Shown piece by piece: positions 27,725 through 36,945 of a DNA stretch of 45,944 nt. Each line of letters starts with the position of its first letter. Position 1 is the first letter of the stretch. The stretch covers positions 1-45,944 of the forward strand of contig CALVXH010000002.1 of the NCBI GenBank assembly GCA_944368945.1, read 5' to 3'. Below the pieces are notes generated by a model, which made no database searches, was not told the DNA's origin, and saw only the letters and a list, made by a program, of their open reading frames with translations. The stretch comes from an uncultured Bacilli bacterium (GTDB taxonomy: Bacteria > Bacillota_I > Bacilli_A > RFN20 > CAG-826). Made by a program: the position numbers and the translations under genes.

Positions 27725-27745
27725 TTAAGTAATCAATTTGTTAAA

Positions 27746-30412
27746 TTATTTTGATTTCTTTTGTTCTCTCTTTAAGAGAATTTCTGCTTGAGCAGCAGCT
27801 AATCTTGCGATTGGGACTCTGTATGGAGAACATGAGACATAGTCTAATCCAACTCTATTGAAGAATGCGATTGATTCTGGATCACCACCGTGTTCACCAC
27901 AGACACCACATAATAATGTAGGTCTTGTAGCTCTTCCATCAGCAACAGCCATCTTAATAAGTTTACCGACACCTTTTTGATCTACGTGTTGGAATGGATC
28001 AGATTCGAAAATCTTGTGTTCATAGTAAGAACCTAAGAATTTAGAAGCATCATCTCTTGAGAAACCAAATGTCATTTGTGTTAAGTCGTTTGTACCGAAT
28101 GAATAGAATTCAGCTTCGCTTGCAATTTCACCTGAGAGTAAAGCAGCACGTGGAATTTCAATCATAGTACCAACATGGTATTTCATCTTGAAGTTATTTT
28201 CAGCAAGGACTTTTTCGACTTCATCAACAATAATCTTCTTAACGAACTTGAATTCTTTTAAGTCGAGTGTTAATGGAATCATAATTTCTGGTTCGATTTC
28301 TCTTCCTAAATCTTTACTTGCTTTGATTGCAGCTTCGATAATTGCTCTAGCTTGCATTCTTCCAATTTCAGGATATGTAACATCAAGTCTACATCCTCTG
28401 TGTCCCATCATTGGGTTGAATTCGTGTAAGTAAGCAATTCTATCTTTGACTGATGCAACTGATTTATGTAAAGAATCAGCTAATTCTTTAATCATATCTT
28501 CTTCAGTTGGTAAGAATTCGTGTAGTGGTGGATCGAGTAATCTAACATTAACATTGATGTGTTTTAAGTTCTTCATGGACATAAATAATCCATAGAAGTC
28601 GTCTCTTTGATATGGCAATAATTCTGCTAATGCTGTTTCTCTTTCTTCGACTGTATCAGCAAGAATCATTCTTCTCATATGGAAAATTCTATCTGCAGAG
28701 AAGAACATGTGTTCTGTTCTACAAAGACCAATACCTTCTGCGCCGAATTCAGCAGCTTGCATTGCATCTCTTGGAGTATCAGCATTTGTTCTAATGCTTA
28801 ATCTTCTATATTTATCAGCAAGTTTCATCATTCTTCCGAAGTTACCTGCTTTTGTATCTGCTGGAATTAAAGTGATAGCACCTTCATAAACTTGGCCTGT
28901 TGAACCATCAATTGATAATGTATCTTTTTCTGTATAGACTTTACCGTTGATTGTAACAGTTTTATTTTCTTCATCAACTATAGCTGCGCTACAACCTGTA
29001 ATACAGCATTTACCCATACCTCTAGCAACGACAGCAGCATGCGATGTCATACCACCACGCATTGTGAGAATACCTTCTGAAGAGACCATACCTTCGATAT
29101 CTTCTGGTGATGTTTCAGCTCTAACAAGAATAATTTTTTCGCCTTTTTCTTTTCTGGCCTTAGCATCAGCAGCATCGAATGATAAGTGACCGACACCTGC
29201 ACCAGGAGATGCTGGGTTACCAGCAGCGATTGGAGTGCTTGTTTTTAATGCTTTTGGATCAAATGTTGGGTGTAATAAAGAATCAAGTAATTTTGGTTCA
29301 ACTCTTAAGACTGCTTCATCTTCTGTAATAACACCTTCATCTAATAAATCAAGTGCGATCTTGAGAGCAGCAGCAGCAGTTCTCTTTCCGTTTCTTGTTT
29401 GTAAGAAGTATAATTTGCCGTTTTCGACTGTATATTCCATATCTTGCATATCTTTATAATGTGCTTCCATGGTTTTGATTGTCTTTTCGAATTGAGCATA
29501 AACTTCTGGCATTTGATCTTTTAAGTAATCAATGTGGAATGGTGTTCTAATACCAGCAACAACGTCTTCACCTTGTGCTTGTGGTAAGTATTCAGCATAA
29601 ACATTCTTTGCACCTGTTGATGGGTCTCTTGAGAATGCAACACCTGTTCCTGAATTTGCGTTTAAGTTACCGAAAACCATTGATTGAACGTTTACAGCTG
29701 TACCCCATTCATAAGGAATAGAATTCATCTTTCTATAAACGTTAGCTCTTGGGTTATCCCGTGATCTGAAAACTGCTTCGACAGCTTCGTGTAATTGTAC
29801 ATAAGGATCTGTTGGGAAGTCTTCGCCAAACTTTTCTTTATAGTAAGCTTTGTAATCTTTAACTAATTGTTTTAATTGTTCAGTTGTTACTTCTGTATCA
29901 ACTTTATAACCATGATCTTCTTTGATTTTATCGAGCATTCTATCCATATCTGTTCTTGGCCAACCTTTTGCAATGTTGGTGAACATTAAGATAAATCTAC
30001 GATATGAATCGTATGCAAATCTTTCATTTTGTGAAACTTTTGCGAGGATTTCAACTGATTTGTCGTTTAAACCTAAGTTTAAAATTGTGTCCATCATACC
30101 TGGCATAGAAACTCTAGCACCACTTCTAACACTGACAAGAAGAGGAGTTTTTGTTTCATCTAATCCGCCAAATGATTTTCCTGACTCTTTTTCAACTTCT
30201 TTAATTCCTTTGTCGATTTGTTCAACAAGTTCTTTTGGCATTTTTTTGCCACTTTGATAATAGAGAGTGCAAGCTTCAGTTGTGACTGTAAATCCTTGTG
30301 GAATTGGAATTCCAATATATGTCATCTCTGCTAAGCCAGCTCCCTTTCCTCCGAGAAGCTCTTTTCCTAAGCCGTGAGCTTCTTTAAAGAGGTATACATA
30401 TTGTTTTGCCAT
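27746..30412 (-). CDS. ppdK: pyruvate, phosphate dikinase
   Basis: 888 aa. ATP-grasp N-terminus GGKGAGLAEM, phosphohistidine motif GGMTSHAAVVARGMG, PEP/pyruvate domain FSFGTNDLTQ and CGEHGGDP. GGAGG SD. Confidence 0.95.
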   Translation of the reverse strand: MAKQYVYLFKEAHGLGKELLGGKGAGLAEMTYIGIPIPQGFTVTTEACTLYYQSGKKMPKELVEQIDKGIKEVEKESGKSFGGLDETKTPLLVSVRSGARVSMPGMMDTILNLGLNDKSVEILAKVSQNERFAYDSYRRFILMFTNIAKGWPRTDMDRMLDKIKEDHGYKVDTEVTTEQLKQLVKDYKAYYKEKFGEDFPTDPYVQLHEAVEAVFRSRDNPRANVYRKMNSIPYEWGTAVNVQSMVFGNLNANSGTGVAFSRDPSTGAKNVYAEYLPQAQGEDVVAGIRTPFHIDYLKDQMPEVYAQFEKTIKTMEAHYKDMQDMEYTVENGKLYFLQTRNGKRTAAAALKIALDLLDEGVITEDEAVLRVEPKLLDSLLHPTFDPKALKTSTPIAAGNPASPGAGVGHLSFDAADAKARKEKGEKIILVRAETSPEDIEGMVSSEGILTMRGGMTSHAAVVARGMGKCCITGCSAAIVDEENKTVTINGKVYTEKDTLSIDGSTGQVYEGAITLIPADTKAGNFGRMMKLADKYRRLSIRTNADTPRDAMQAAEFGAEGIGLCRTEHMFFSADRIFHMRRMILADTVEERETALAELLPYQRDDFYGLFMSMKNLKHINVNVRLLDPPLHEFLPTEEDMIKELADSLHKSVASVKDRIAYLHEFNPMMGHRGCRLDVTYPEIGRMQARAIIEAAIKASKDLGREIEPEIMIPLTLDLKEFKFVKKIIVDEVEKVLAENNFKMKYHVGTMIEIPRAALLSGEIASEAEFYSFGTNDLTQMTFGFSRDDASKFLGSYYEHKIFESDPFQHVDQKGVGKLIKMAVADGRATRPTLLCGVCGEHGGDPESIAFFNRVGLDYVSCSPYRVPIARLAAAQAEILLKREQKKSK

Positions 30413-30433
30413 TTAAAAACCTCCATGTAGGCA

Positions 30434-30446
30434 GTTGTTTAACAAC
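30434..30446. promoter_or_regulatory. 13-nt palindrome between the ppdK -10 box and SD (candidate operator)
   Basis: GTTGTT-T-AACAAC at 30434-30446. On the minus strand, TATAAT lies at 30460-30455 and the SD GGAGG at 30424-30420. Confidence 0.3.
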
Positions 30447-30682
30447 CTGATAGTATTATAATATTTTTTTGACAGTGATTAAAGTAATTGCAATAAAAAA
30501 ATTCCAGATTTTTATGAATAAGTTGCAATATTATTAAAATGATATTGCAGATATTTTACTTATTAAATTTTACAATTTATTTTAAATATTTTTATTGGTT
30601 AAATACATATATATGCCAACATTTAAAATCTAAAATCTATGTTGGTATCGTTATTTATTTTAATTTGGAATATAATTTTGGT

Positions 30683-32260
30683 ATGGAAAATAAAGATTTA
30701 GTTATTTCAATTGATTATGGAACACAAAGCGTAAGAGTATCAATCATCGATAAGAATGGAAAATTCTTAGCGTTTGAGCATGTTGTTTATGATGAGCCAT
30801 ATTTTTCAATAAAGCCTGGATATTGTGAACAAAATCCAGATTATTACTATAACTGCATGTGTAAAGCAGCAAAAAAACTTACCAGTGAACATCAAGATTT
30901 ACTTGAAAGATGTGTTTCAATTTCATCAACTTGTTTTAGAGACACAGCTGTCTATTTGGATGAAAATTACAATGTCATTAGGCCGTCAATTATTTGGCTT
31001 GATCAAAGACAAGCAGCATTAATTAAAAAGCTTCCTAGACTATATTCTTTTTTATTTGATGTTGTAGGCATGGCAGATACAGTAGCTTTAAATAGAAAAA
31101 GAACTCCAGCAATCTGGTTACAAGAAAACGAACCAGAAAACTATAGTAAGATTAAACACTATGCGCCTTTAAATTCTTATTTTAACTATAGAATGTTAGG
31201 AACATTAACTGATAGTGCAAGCAATATGACTGGACATTTTCCAATCAATTATAAAAAGAAAAAACGGTATTCAAAAAACGCTTTAAAAGGAATTATCTTT
31301 AACATTGATCCACAATTAATGTCTAAAATTGCTCCTGAAGGAACAGTAATTGGGAAAATCACAAGTAAATGTAATAAAGAAACAGGATTTCCTATTGGTT
31401 TAAATTATATTACAACTGGGAATGATAAAAGTTGTGAAGCACTTGGATGTGGAGCAATAAATAAAAAGTGTGCCCATATTAGTTATGGAACAGGCAGCAG
31501 TATAGCAGTTGTTAGTGAAAGATATTTTGAACCTGAAACATTTTTACCTGCATATAGCACATGTTTCCCTGGAGCATATACAGCCGAAGTACAAATATAT
31601 AGAGGGTATTGGATGCTAAAGTGGTTTTTACATGAGTTTGGTGAAAAAGAGAACCTTGAGGCGACCATTGAAAAAGTTGCACCAGAAGAAATATTTAATG
31701 AAAAAATCATGCAAATTAGACCTGGATGTGATGGATTAATTCTTCAACCTTATTGGGGACCAGGATTAAGTAGACCTTTGGCTAAAGGTTCAATTATTGG
31801 ATTTTATGATGTACACACAAAATATCATATCTATCGTTCAATAATTGAAGGAATAGGATATGCCTTGAAAGAAGGATTAGATTCTATCGAAAGACATGGT
31901 AAACTAAGTGTTCAATATCTTACTGTAAGTGGTGGTGGATCTAAGAGTGATGCAATATGTCAAATTACTAGTGATTTATTTAATTTACCTGTTTATAAAA
32001 GTGAGACATATGAATCGTCTAGTTTAGGATGTGCAATGGCTCAATTTGTAGCTTTAGGGATATATAAAGATGTAGAAGAAGCTAAAGATAAAATGGTTAG
32101 ATATGTTAAAAAATTTACTCCAAATAAATTAGCGGTTAAAGAATATAAAGATCTTTATAACAATATTTATATAAAGGTTTATCCATCATTAAAAAATATT
32201 TATAAAGCTCTTAGCGATTTTAAAGAAAAAAGAGATAAAGAAGAAATTGAGGTACATTAA
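30683..32260 (+). CDS. FGGY-family carbohydrate kinase (substrate unknown)
   Basis: MENKDLVISIDYGTQSVRVSIID is the FGGY N-terminal motif, and the C-terminal part carries LTVSGGGSKSD. ATG 30683 is preferred; the track's 48-aa upstream extension is low-complexity F/Y/I/L. Confidence 0.85.
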   Translation: MENKDLVISIDYGTQSVRVSIIDKNGKFLAFEHVVYDEPYFSIKPGYCEQNPDYYYNCMCKAAKKLTSEHQDLLERCVSISSTCFRDTAVYLDENYNVIRPSIIWLDQRQAALIKKLPRLYSFLFDVVGMADTVALNRKRTPAIWLQENEPENYSKIKHYAPLNSYFNYRMLGTLTDSASNMTGHFPINYKKKKRYSKNALKGIIFNIDPQLMSKIAPEGTVIGKITSKCNKETGFPIGLNYITTGNDKSCEALGCGAINKKCAHISYGTGSSIAVVSERYFEPETFLPAYSTCFPGAYTAEVQIYRGYWMLKWFLHEFGEKENLEATIEKVAPEEIFNEKIMQIRPGCDGLILQPYWGPGLSRPLAKGSIIGFYDVHTKYHIYRSIIEGIGYALKEGLDSIERHGKLSVQYLTVSGGGSKSDAICQITSDLFNLPVYKSETYESSSLGCAMAQFVALGIYKDVEEAKDKMVRYVKKFTPNKLAVKEYKDLYNNIYIKVYPSLKNIYKALSDFKEKRDKEEIEVH

Positions 32261-32294
32261 AAAAGCGATTCTCATATATAGAGAGTCGCTTTTT
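32261..32294. terminator. bidirectional rho-independent terminator between convergent FGGY kinase and ABC exporter genes
   Basis: AAAA + GCGATTCTC (32265-32273) / GAGAGTCGC (32281-32289) gives a 9 bp stem (one G-U) with a 7-nt loop, then TTTT. Confidence 0.75.
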
Positions 32295-32322
32295 GCCATA
32301 AAATAGTTGATTTTTGCAGGCT

Positions 32323-34452
32323 TTAACTATCTAAAGAGTCTTTTTCCATTGGATTGACTCCAGCAAATTGTGAATTATATAATTCTGCATAGAAACCATT
32401 TTTTGCTAGAAGCTCTTTATGGTTACCTGTTTCAATAATATGACCTTTTTTCATGACAATAATTAATTTTGCATTTTTAATTGTTGATAATCTATGAGCA
32501 ATAACGAAGCTTGTTCTACCAACCATTATTCTATTTAAAGCATCTTGAATTTGTTGCTCTGTTCTAGTATCAACACTACTAGTTGCTTCATCTAAAATCA
32601 TTATTTTTGGTTTAGAAATAATAGCTCTAGCAATAGTCAAAAGTTGTCTTTGACCTTGAGAAACGTTTTCGCCATCTTCGGTTAACATAAAGTTATAACC
32701 ACCAGGTAACGTCTTTATAAAGTGATCTATGTGTGCTTCTTTACAAGCGTTTTCAATTTCTTCATCTGTTGCATTAGGATCGCCATAAAGAAGATTTTCT
32801 TTTATGGTTCCTCTAAATAACCATGTATCTTGTAAAACCATTCCTATAGAACCTCTAAGGGCTTTTCTTGTATAATTAAAGATTGTTTTGTTATCGAGTC
32901 TAATATTGCCGTTATTAAAAACATTTCTAATAATTTCTTCAAAGATATTATCAATTTTTGCGTCATCTCCAGATAATACTTTTGTTGAATTTTGCTTTGC
33001 TAAAGATAAGTAATTTAATAATGTTTCTCTAGCAATAGCGGTTTTTTCTTGAATTGTATTTCCTTTTGACAAATCGATAGTAGGTGAAGAAGTTTCTCCA
33101 TACATATTTTTAACTTTTGTAATTACGTTATTAATCTTTTGATTTAAATCATTTTCATTGGCAATGTTTGTAATGTCATAAAAACGCATTATTAGATTAA
33201 CCATTGTTGTTTTACCAGCACCAGTAGGACCGACAATAGCTACTGTATCACCAGGATTAACATGTAAAGTGAAATCTTCGATTAAAGGCTTATCAATTAA
33301 ATAAGAGAAATAAACATGTTCAAAATCAAATTGACCTACAATATCTTTTTCATCATCGATTGCGCCTTCTTTATCTTTTGTTTCTTCAACTTCATCAAGT
33401 AATGAATAAATTCTTTCACCACTAGCTAATACTGATTGAATAATATTTGCAATTTGTCCAATTTGTTGGAATGGTCTAGTAAATAAATTTAATAATGTAA
33501 AGAAGGCAACCATAGTTCCTACTTGGCCAATAAGACCTCCAATAACAGCAATCGCAACATATGCAACATTATTAACGAAGATAGTTGTTGGGAAGATAAA
33601 GCCACTTAAGAATTGGCTAAGTCCATCAGCCTTTGACATTGCAACATTAACTTTATTAAAATCATCTTCAACGTCTTTTTGCTTATTAAATAATTTAATA
33701 ATATTGAATCCAGAATAATCTTCCTCAATTTTACCATTTAATATACCTAATTCTTTTCTATATTTAATAAATTGTTTTTGCGAGCCTTTTGAAATAATCA
33801 TGACAATTATTAAAGTAATAGGTAGGGCACATAATGCTACAAGAGCTAATCTCCATTGATAGATAAACATAGCAATTAATGAGCCTAAGAAAAGACTTAT
33901 ACCACTAGATAATTGGGTAATAATTGATTGTAAATTTCTAGAAATATTATCAACATCATTCGTTCCAATTGATAGTGTATCTCCATAAGGTACTCTATCA
34001 AAATAACTTAAAGGTAATAAATCAATTTTCTTTATGATTTTATCTCTAAAACCATAAGCGTATTTAGTAGTAACTGAAACAGCAATAAATTCAGCAGCCC
34101 ATGAAAGAATAGCACTACCAGCATATAATCCAAGTAAAGTACCAAAATTTAAGAAGAAGTAGTCCCGTTTAATACCTAAAAATCCACTCTCCATATTAAA
34201 ATTAAATAATGGATTATTTTGTAAAATAATTGGATCAGTTGCATCGCTTCCTGAAGGTAAGGAACTATTTAAAAAATCTGCAAGAACTAAAGGAGCGATA
34301 ATTGTTAGTACACTTGAAATAACACTAAATAAAATAACTAAAAGTAATAAATATCTTTCGTTTTTAAAATCTTGAAGCATCCTTTTAGTTGTTAGCTTCA
34401 TATTTTTTGGCTTATCAATGACGCCTCTTTTACCACCATGCATTCCAGGCAT
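32323..34452 (-). CDS. ABC exporter TMD-NBD half-transporter, catalytically canonical subunit with ~87-aa NBD insertion
   Basis: Six-TM exporter domain, Walker A GPTGAGKTT, Walker B IMILDEATSSVD, H-loop IAHRLST and signature VSQGQ. Extra segment between RFYDI and GNIRLDNKTI (res ~427-513). Confidence 0.9.
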   Translation of the reverse strand: MPGMHGGKRGVIDKPKNMKLTTKRMLQDFKNERYLLLLVILFSVISSVLTIIAPLVLADFLNSSLPSGSDATDPIILQNNPLFNFNMESGFLGIKRDYFFLNFGTLLGLYAGSAILSWAAEFIAVSVTTKYAYGFRDKIIKKIDLLPLSYFDRVPYGDTLSIGTNDVDNISRNLQSIITQLSSGISLFLGSLIAMFIYQWRLALVALCALPITLIIVMIISKGSQKQFIKYRKELGILNGKIEEDYSGFNIIKLFNKQKDVEDDFNKVNVAMSKADGLSQFLSGFIFPTTIFVNNVAYVAIAVIGGLIGQVGTMVAFFTLLNLFTRPFQQIGQIANIIQSVLASGERIYSLLDEVEETKDKEGAIDDEKDIVGQFDFEHVYFSYLIDKPLIEDFTLHVNPGDTVAIVGPTGAGKTTMVNLIMRFYDITNIANENDLNQKINNVITKVKNMYGETSSPTIDLSKGNTIQEKTAIARETLLNYLSLAKQNSTKVLSGDDAKIDNIFEEIIRNVFNNGNIRLDNKTIFNYTRKALRGSIGMVLQDTWLFRGTIKENLLYGDPNATDEEIENACKEAHIDHFIKTLPGGYNFMLTEDGENVSQGQRQLLTIARAIISKPKIMILDEATSSVDTRTEQQIQDALNRIMVGRTSFVIAHRLSTIKNAKLIIVMKKGHIIETGNHKELLAKNGFYAELYNSQFAGVNPMEKDSLDS

Positions 34453-34453
34453 A

Positions 34454-36286
34454 TTAATTACCTCCTTCTGATGTAGCTTCTTGCATCATCTTAATTGTCT
34501 TTTCAACTTCTTCAGGGTCAAGTTGAGATTTTACAATATCTTGGTAAACTGGACAGGATTTGAGAAGTTCAGCGTGTGTACCTTTTCCAACCATTTTGCC
34601 TTCATTTAAAACAATAATTGTATCAGCATTTAAAATAGAAGAAACCCTTTGAGCAACAACAATAACGCTTGATGTTCCAACGTATCCTTCTAAAGCTTTA
34701 CGCAATTTAGCATCAGTTTTAAAATCAAGAGCACTAAATGAATCATCAAAGATATAAATTTCTGGCTTTTTAACAAGTGTACGAGCGATTGCTAATCTTT
34801 GTTTTTGACCACCAGAGAAATTTTTTCCACCTTGAGAAACAAAACTATCTAATTTATCAGGAAGCTTATCAACAAAGTTAAAGGCTTGAGCAACTTTTAA
34901 AGCCTCGTTTATATCTTCATCTGTAGCTGTTTTGTTTCCGAATTTTAAATTTTCTCTTATTGTTCCTTTAAATAAAAGTGCTTTTTGAGGAACAAAACCA
35001 ACAGCATCTCTAAGATCAGAAACATTAAGATTTCTAATATCAACTCCATCTAGAGTAATAGATCCGCTGGTTACATCATAAAATCTAGGAATTAAATTTA
35101 TTACGGTTGATTTACCACTTCCGGTTGAACCAATAATAGCAGTTATTTTACCTGGTTTAGTTTCAAAACTTATATTACTAATGCATGGTTTTTCGCCATC
35201 AGGATAAGCAAAAGTGACATCGTTAAATTTAATGATTCCTCTTGTTTTTCTATTAGTGAAAAGTTCAGTCTTTTTAGGATCAATTTCATCTTCATCAAAT
35301 GATTTAGGTGAATCGATTACTTCTTTAATACGTCTAGCACAGGCACTAGCTTGAGGATACATAACAGCAATCATAGCAAGCATTAAAAATGATTGCATAA
35401 TTTGTAATGAGTATTGAGCAACAACACTAACATTTGTTATGACAAGTGGAATATCAGGGTTGATTACACCATTAACAAAAATTTGTGTGCCGTCTAATAA
35501 AAAGAATCCTAAAGCGTAAATTCCAATATAGCAAAGATTAAATATGATTGAGACAGTAGGATTTACGACACTCATCAATCTATTAACTTTTCTAGATACT
35601 TCAGTCATATCTTTATTAGCAAAATCAAACTTTTTGTATTCTGTTCCTTGTTGATTATAAGCTCTTACAACACGCACTCCTGTTAAATTACCACGCAAAA
35701 CAACGGTTAAATTATCTATTTTAGTTTGAATTTTTCTAAATAGTGGTGTTGCAAAATGCATAATTAAAAACATTACTACAACTATTAAAGGTATACAAAT
35801 AGCTAAAATAATTGATAGCATTGCATCTTGAGTCAATGTTTTTATTAACCCAATAATCATATAAGTTGGCGACATTACAACAATTCTAATAGCCATTAAT
35901 AAATAGTTTTTAACTTGTTCAATATCGTTAGTGGTTCTTGTAATAAGAGTAGAAGTACCAAACTTGTTATATTGCATTTGATCAAGATGATTGACCTTTT
36001 TAAAAACCTCTTTTCTTAATTCTCTACCTGCAATAGCACTTAAAGTAGCACCTAAAAAGTTTTGAATGGTTGCTAAAATTACAACACCGACAGAAATTAA
36101 AATCATCCACCCGCCGTTAATCCAGATGTCATTAATTTTTGAAGGTGAATCACTCATAATTAATTGAGTTATTTTACCCATATATTCAGGTAACATTAAC
36201 TGTAAATAACATTGAGCAATAATAGCACCCATGACTATTAAGAATAAGTACCACTTATTTTTTAAACAACTTAATACTTTAGTCAT
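34454..36286 (-). CDS. ABC exporter TMD-NBD half-transporter, degenerate-site subunit
   Basis: Walker A GSTGSGKST and signature FSGGQ. Walker B is IYIFDDSFSALD (Asp replaces the catalytic Glu) and the switch loop is VAQRVSS (Gln replaces His). The stop is 1 nt before the partner start. Confidence 0.9.
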   Translation of the reverse strand: MTKVLSCLKNKWYLFLIVMGAIIAQCYLQLMLPEYMGKITQLIMSDSPSKINDIWINGGWMILISVGVVILATIQNFLGATLSAIAGRELRKEVFKKVNHLDQMQYNKFGTSTLITRTTNDIEQVKNYLLMAIRIVVMSPTYMIIGLIKTLTQDAMLSIILAICIPLIVVVMFLIMHFATPLFRKIQTKIDNLTVVLRGNLTGVRVVRAYNQQGTEYKKFDFANKDMTEVSRKVNRLMSVVNPTVSIIFNLCYIGIYALGFFLLDGTQIFVNGVINPDIPLVITNVSVVAQYSLQIMQSFLMLAMIAVMYPQASACARRIKEVIDSPKSFDEDEIDPKKTELFTNRKTRGIIKFNDVTFAYPDGEKPCISNISFETKPGKITAIIGSTGSGKSTVINLIPRFYDVTSGSITLDGVDIRNLNVSDLRDAVGFVPQKALLFKGTIRENLKFGNKTATDEDINEALKVAQAFNFVDKLPDKLDSFVSQGGKNFSGGQKQRLAIARTLVKKPEIYIFDDSFSALDFKTDAKLRKALEGYVGTSSVIVVAQRVSSILNADTIIVLNEGKMVGKGTHAELLKSCPVYQDIVKSQLDPEEVEKTIKMMQEATSEGGN

Positions 36287-36297
36287 TTACTTTCCTC

Positions 36298-36906
36298 CTA
36301 TTCTATTGAAAAAAATGTGTTATAAATAATTCGATGATCTATCTTTTTAACAAATAAACCAGGATATTTAATATAATTTGTTGCTAATCCGCTTATAAAG
36401 ATAAAATAACATTTGACCCTTTCTTTAAGCTGCGCTTTTGTTAGTGTTGGATGATTTATTAAAAAAGCTTTAAAAGTATCTTTAAAGTGATTCTCTAGTT
36501 CTTTGTTTTGTGCAAATAGTTGTTTTGAACTAGTAAGACCATATAAGCAAACCAAGGTATATAAATAAAGATAATAACAATCTGTTTTATTATCAGAAAA
36601 TATAAGATTAATAAAAAGTTCATTAACTGCTTTTAATAATGATTCATCTTTATTATATAAAAGAGTGCATTCTGTAATTTTACCTTCTATTAAAGATTGA
36701 CAAAGTTTCTTATGCTCATTAAATAAATCTTCTTTATTAGAAAAGTAATGATAAAGTAGACCATGTGAACAACCTACAAATTTAGCTATTTGATCCATAG
36801 TTACACCTTTAATCCCGACATTAGAAAAAATAATTAAACTCTTTTCGAGAATTTCTTTTCTTCTTAAATCTTTCAACTCTTTGTTCTGTTTATAAGTCCT
36901 TGGCAT
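36298..36906 (-). CDS. TetR/AcrR-family regulator, first gene of the ABC exporter operon
   Basis: HTH RRKEILEKSLIIFSNVGIKGVTMDQIAKFVGCSHGLLYHYFSNKEDLF. ATG 36906 is preferred; the track start at 36945 is a TTG inside the promoter palindrome. Confidence 0.85.
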   Translation of the reverse strand: MPRTYKQNKELKDLRRKEILEKSLIIFSNVGIKGVTMDQIAKFVGCSHGLLYHYFSNKEDLFNEHKKLCQSLIEGKITECTLLYNKDESLLKAVNELFINLIFSDNKTDCYYLYLYTLVCLYGLTSSKQLFAQNKELENHFKDTFKAFLINHPTLTKAQLKERVKCYFIFISGLATNYIKYPGLFVKKIDHRIIYNTFFSIE

Positions 36907-36916
36907 AATAAAAAAT

Positions 36917-36945
36917 ATAGTAGTTTTAGTTGACAATTTTGTCAA
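36917..36945 (-). promoter_or_regulatory. promoter with overlapping 16-nt perfect palindromic operator for the tetR-ABC operon
   Basis: Minus strand: TTGACA (36945-36940), 17-nt spacer, TACTAT (36922-36917), then 10 nt to the ATG with no SD. TTGACAAAATTGTCAA (36945-36930) is a perfect inverted repeat covering the -35 box. Confidence 0.5.

Noticed and set aside
28188-30257. Six plus-strand ORFs of 60-111 aa (28188-28433, 28612-28794, 28707-28889, 28947-29189, 29235-29459, 29922-30257) antisense to ppdK
   Set aside because: These are shadow ORFs. They lie entirely inside a strongly conserved 888-aa gene whose codon bias removes stops from the opposite strand. They have low-complexity S/L/I-rich translations and no SD or promoter signals.
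27746-30412. Visibly higher G+C of ppdK as evidence of recent horizontal transfer
   Set aside because: Highly conserved, highly expressed enzymes rich in Gly/Ala/Arg are usually less AT-biased than the genome average. Composition by eye is not sufficient, so this is kept only as part of the head-on block observation.
30539-30682. 48-codon N-terminal extension of the FGGY kinase
   Set aside because: The translation (ILQIFYLLNFTIYFKYFYWLN...) is AT-rich intergenic read-through. The FGGY domain begins at the MENKDLVISIDYGTQ start.
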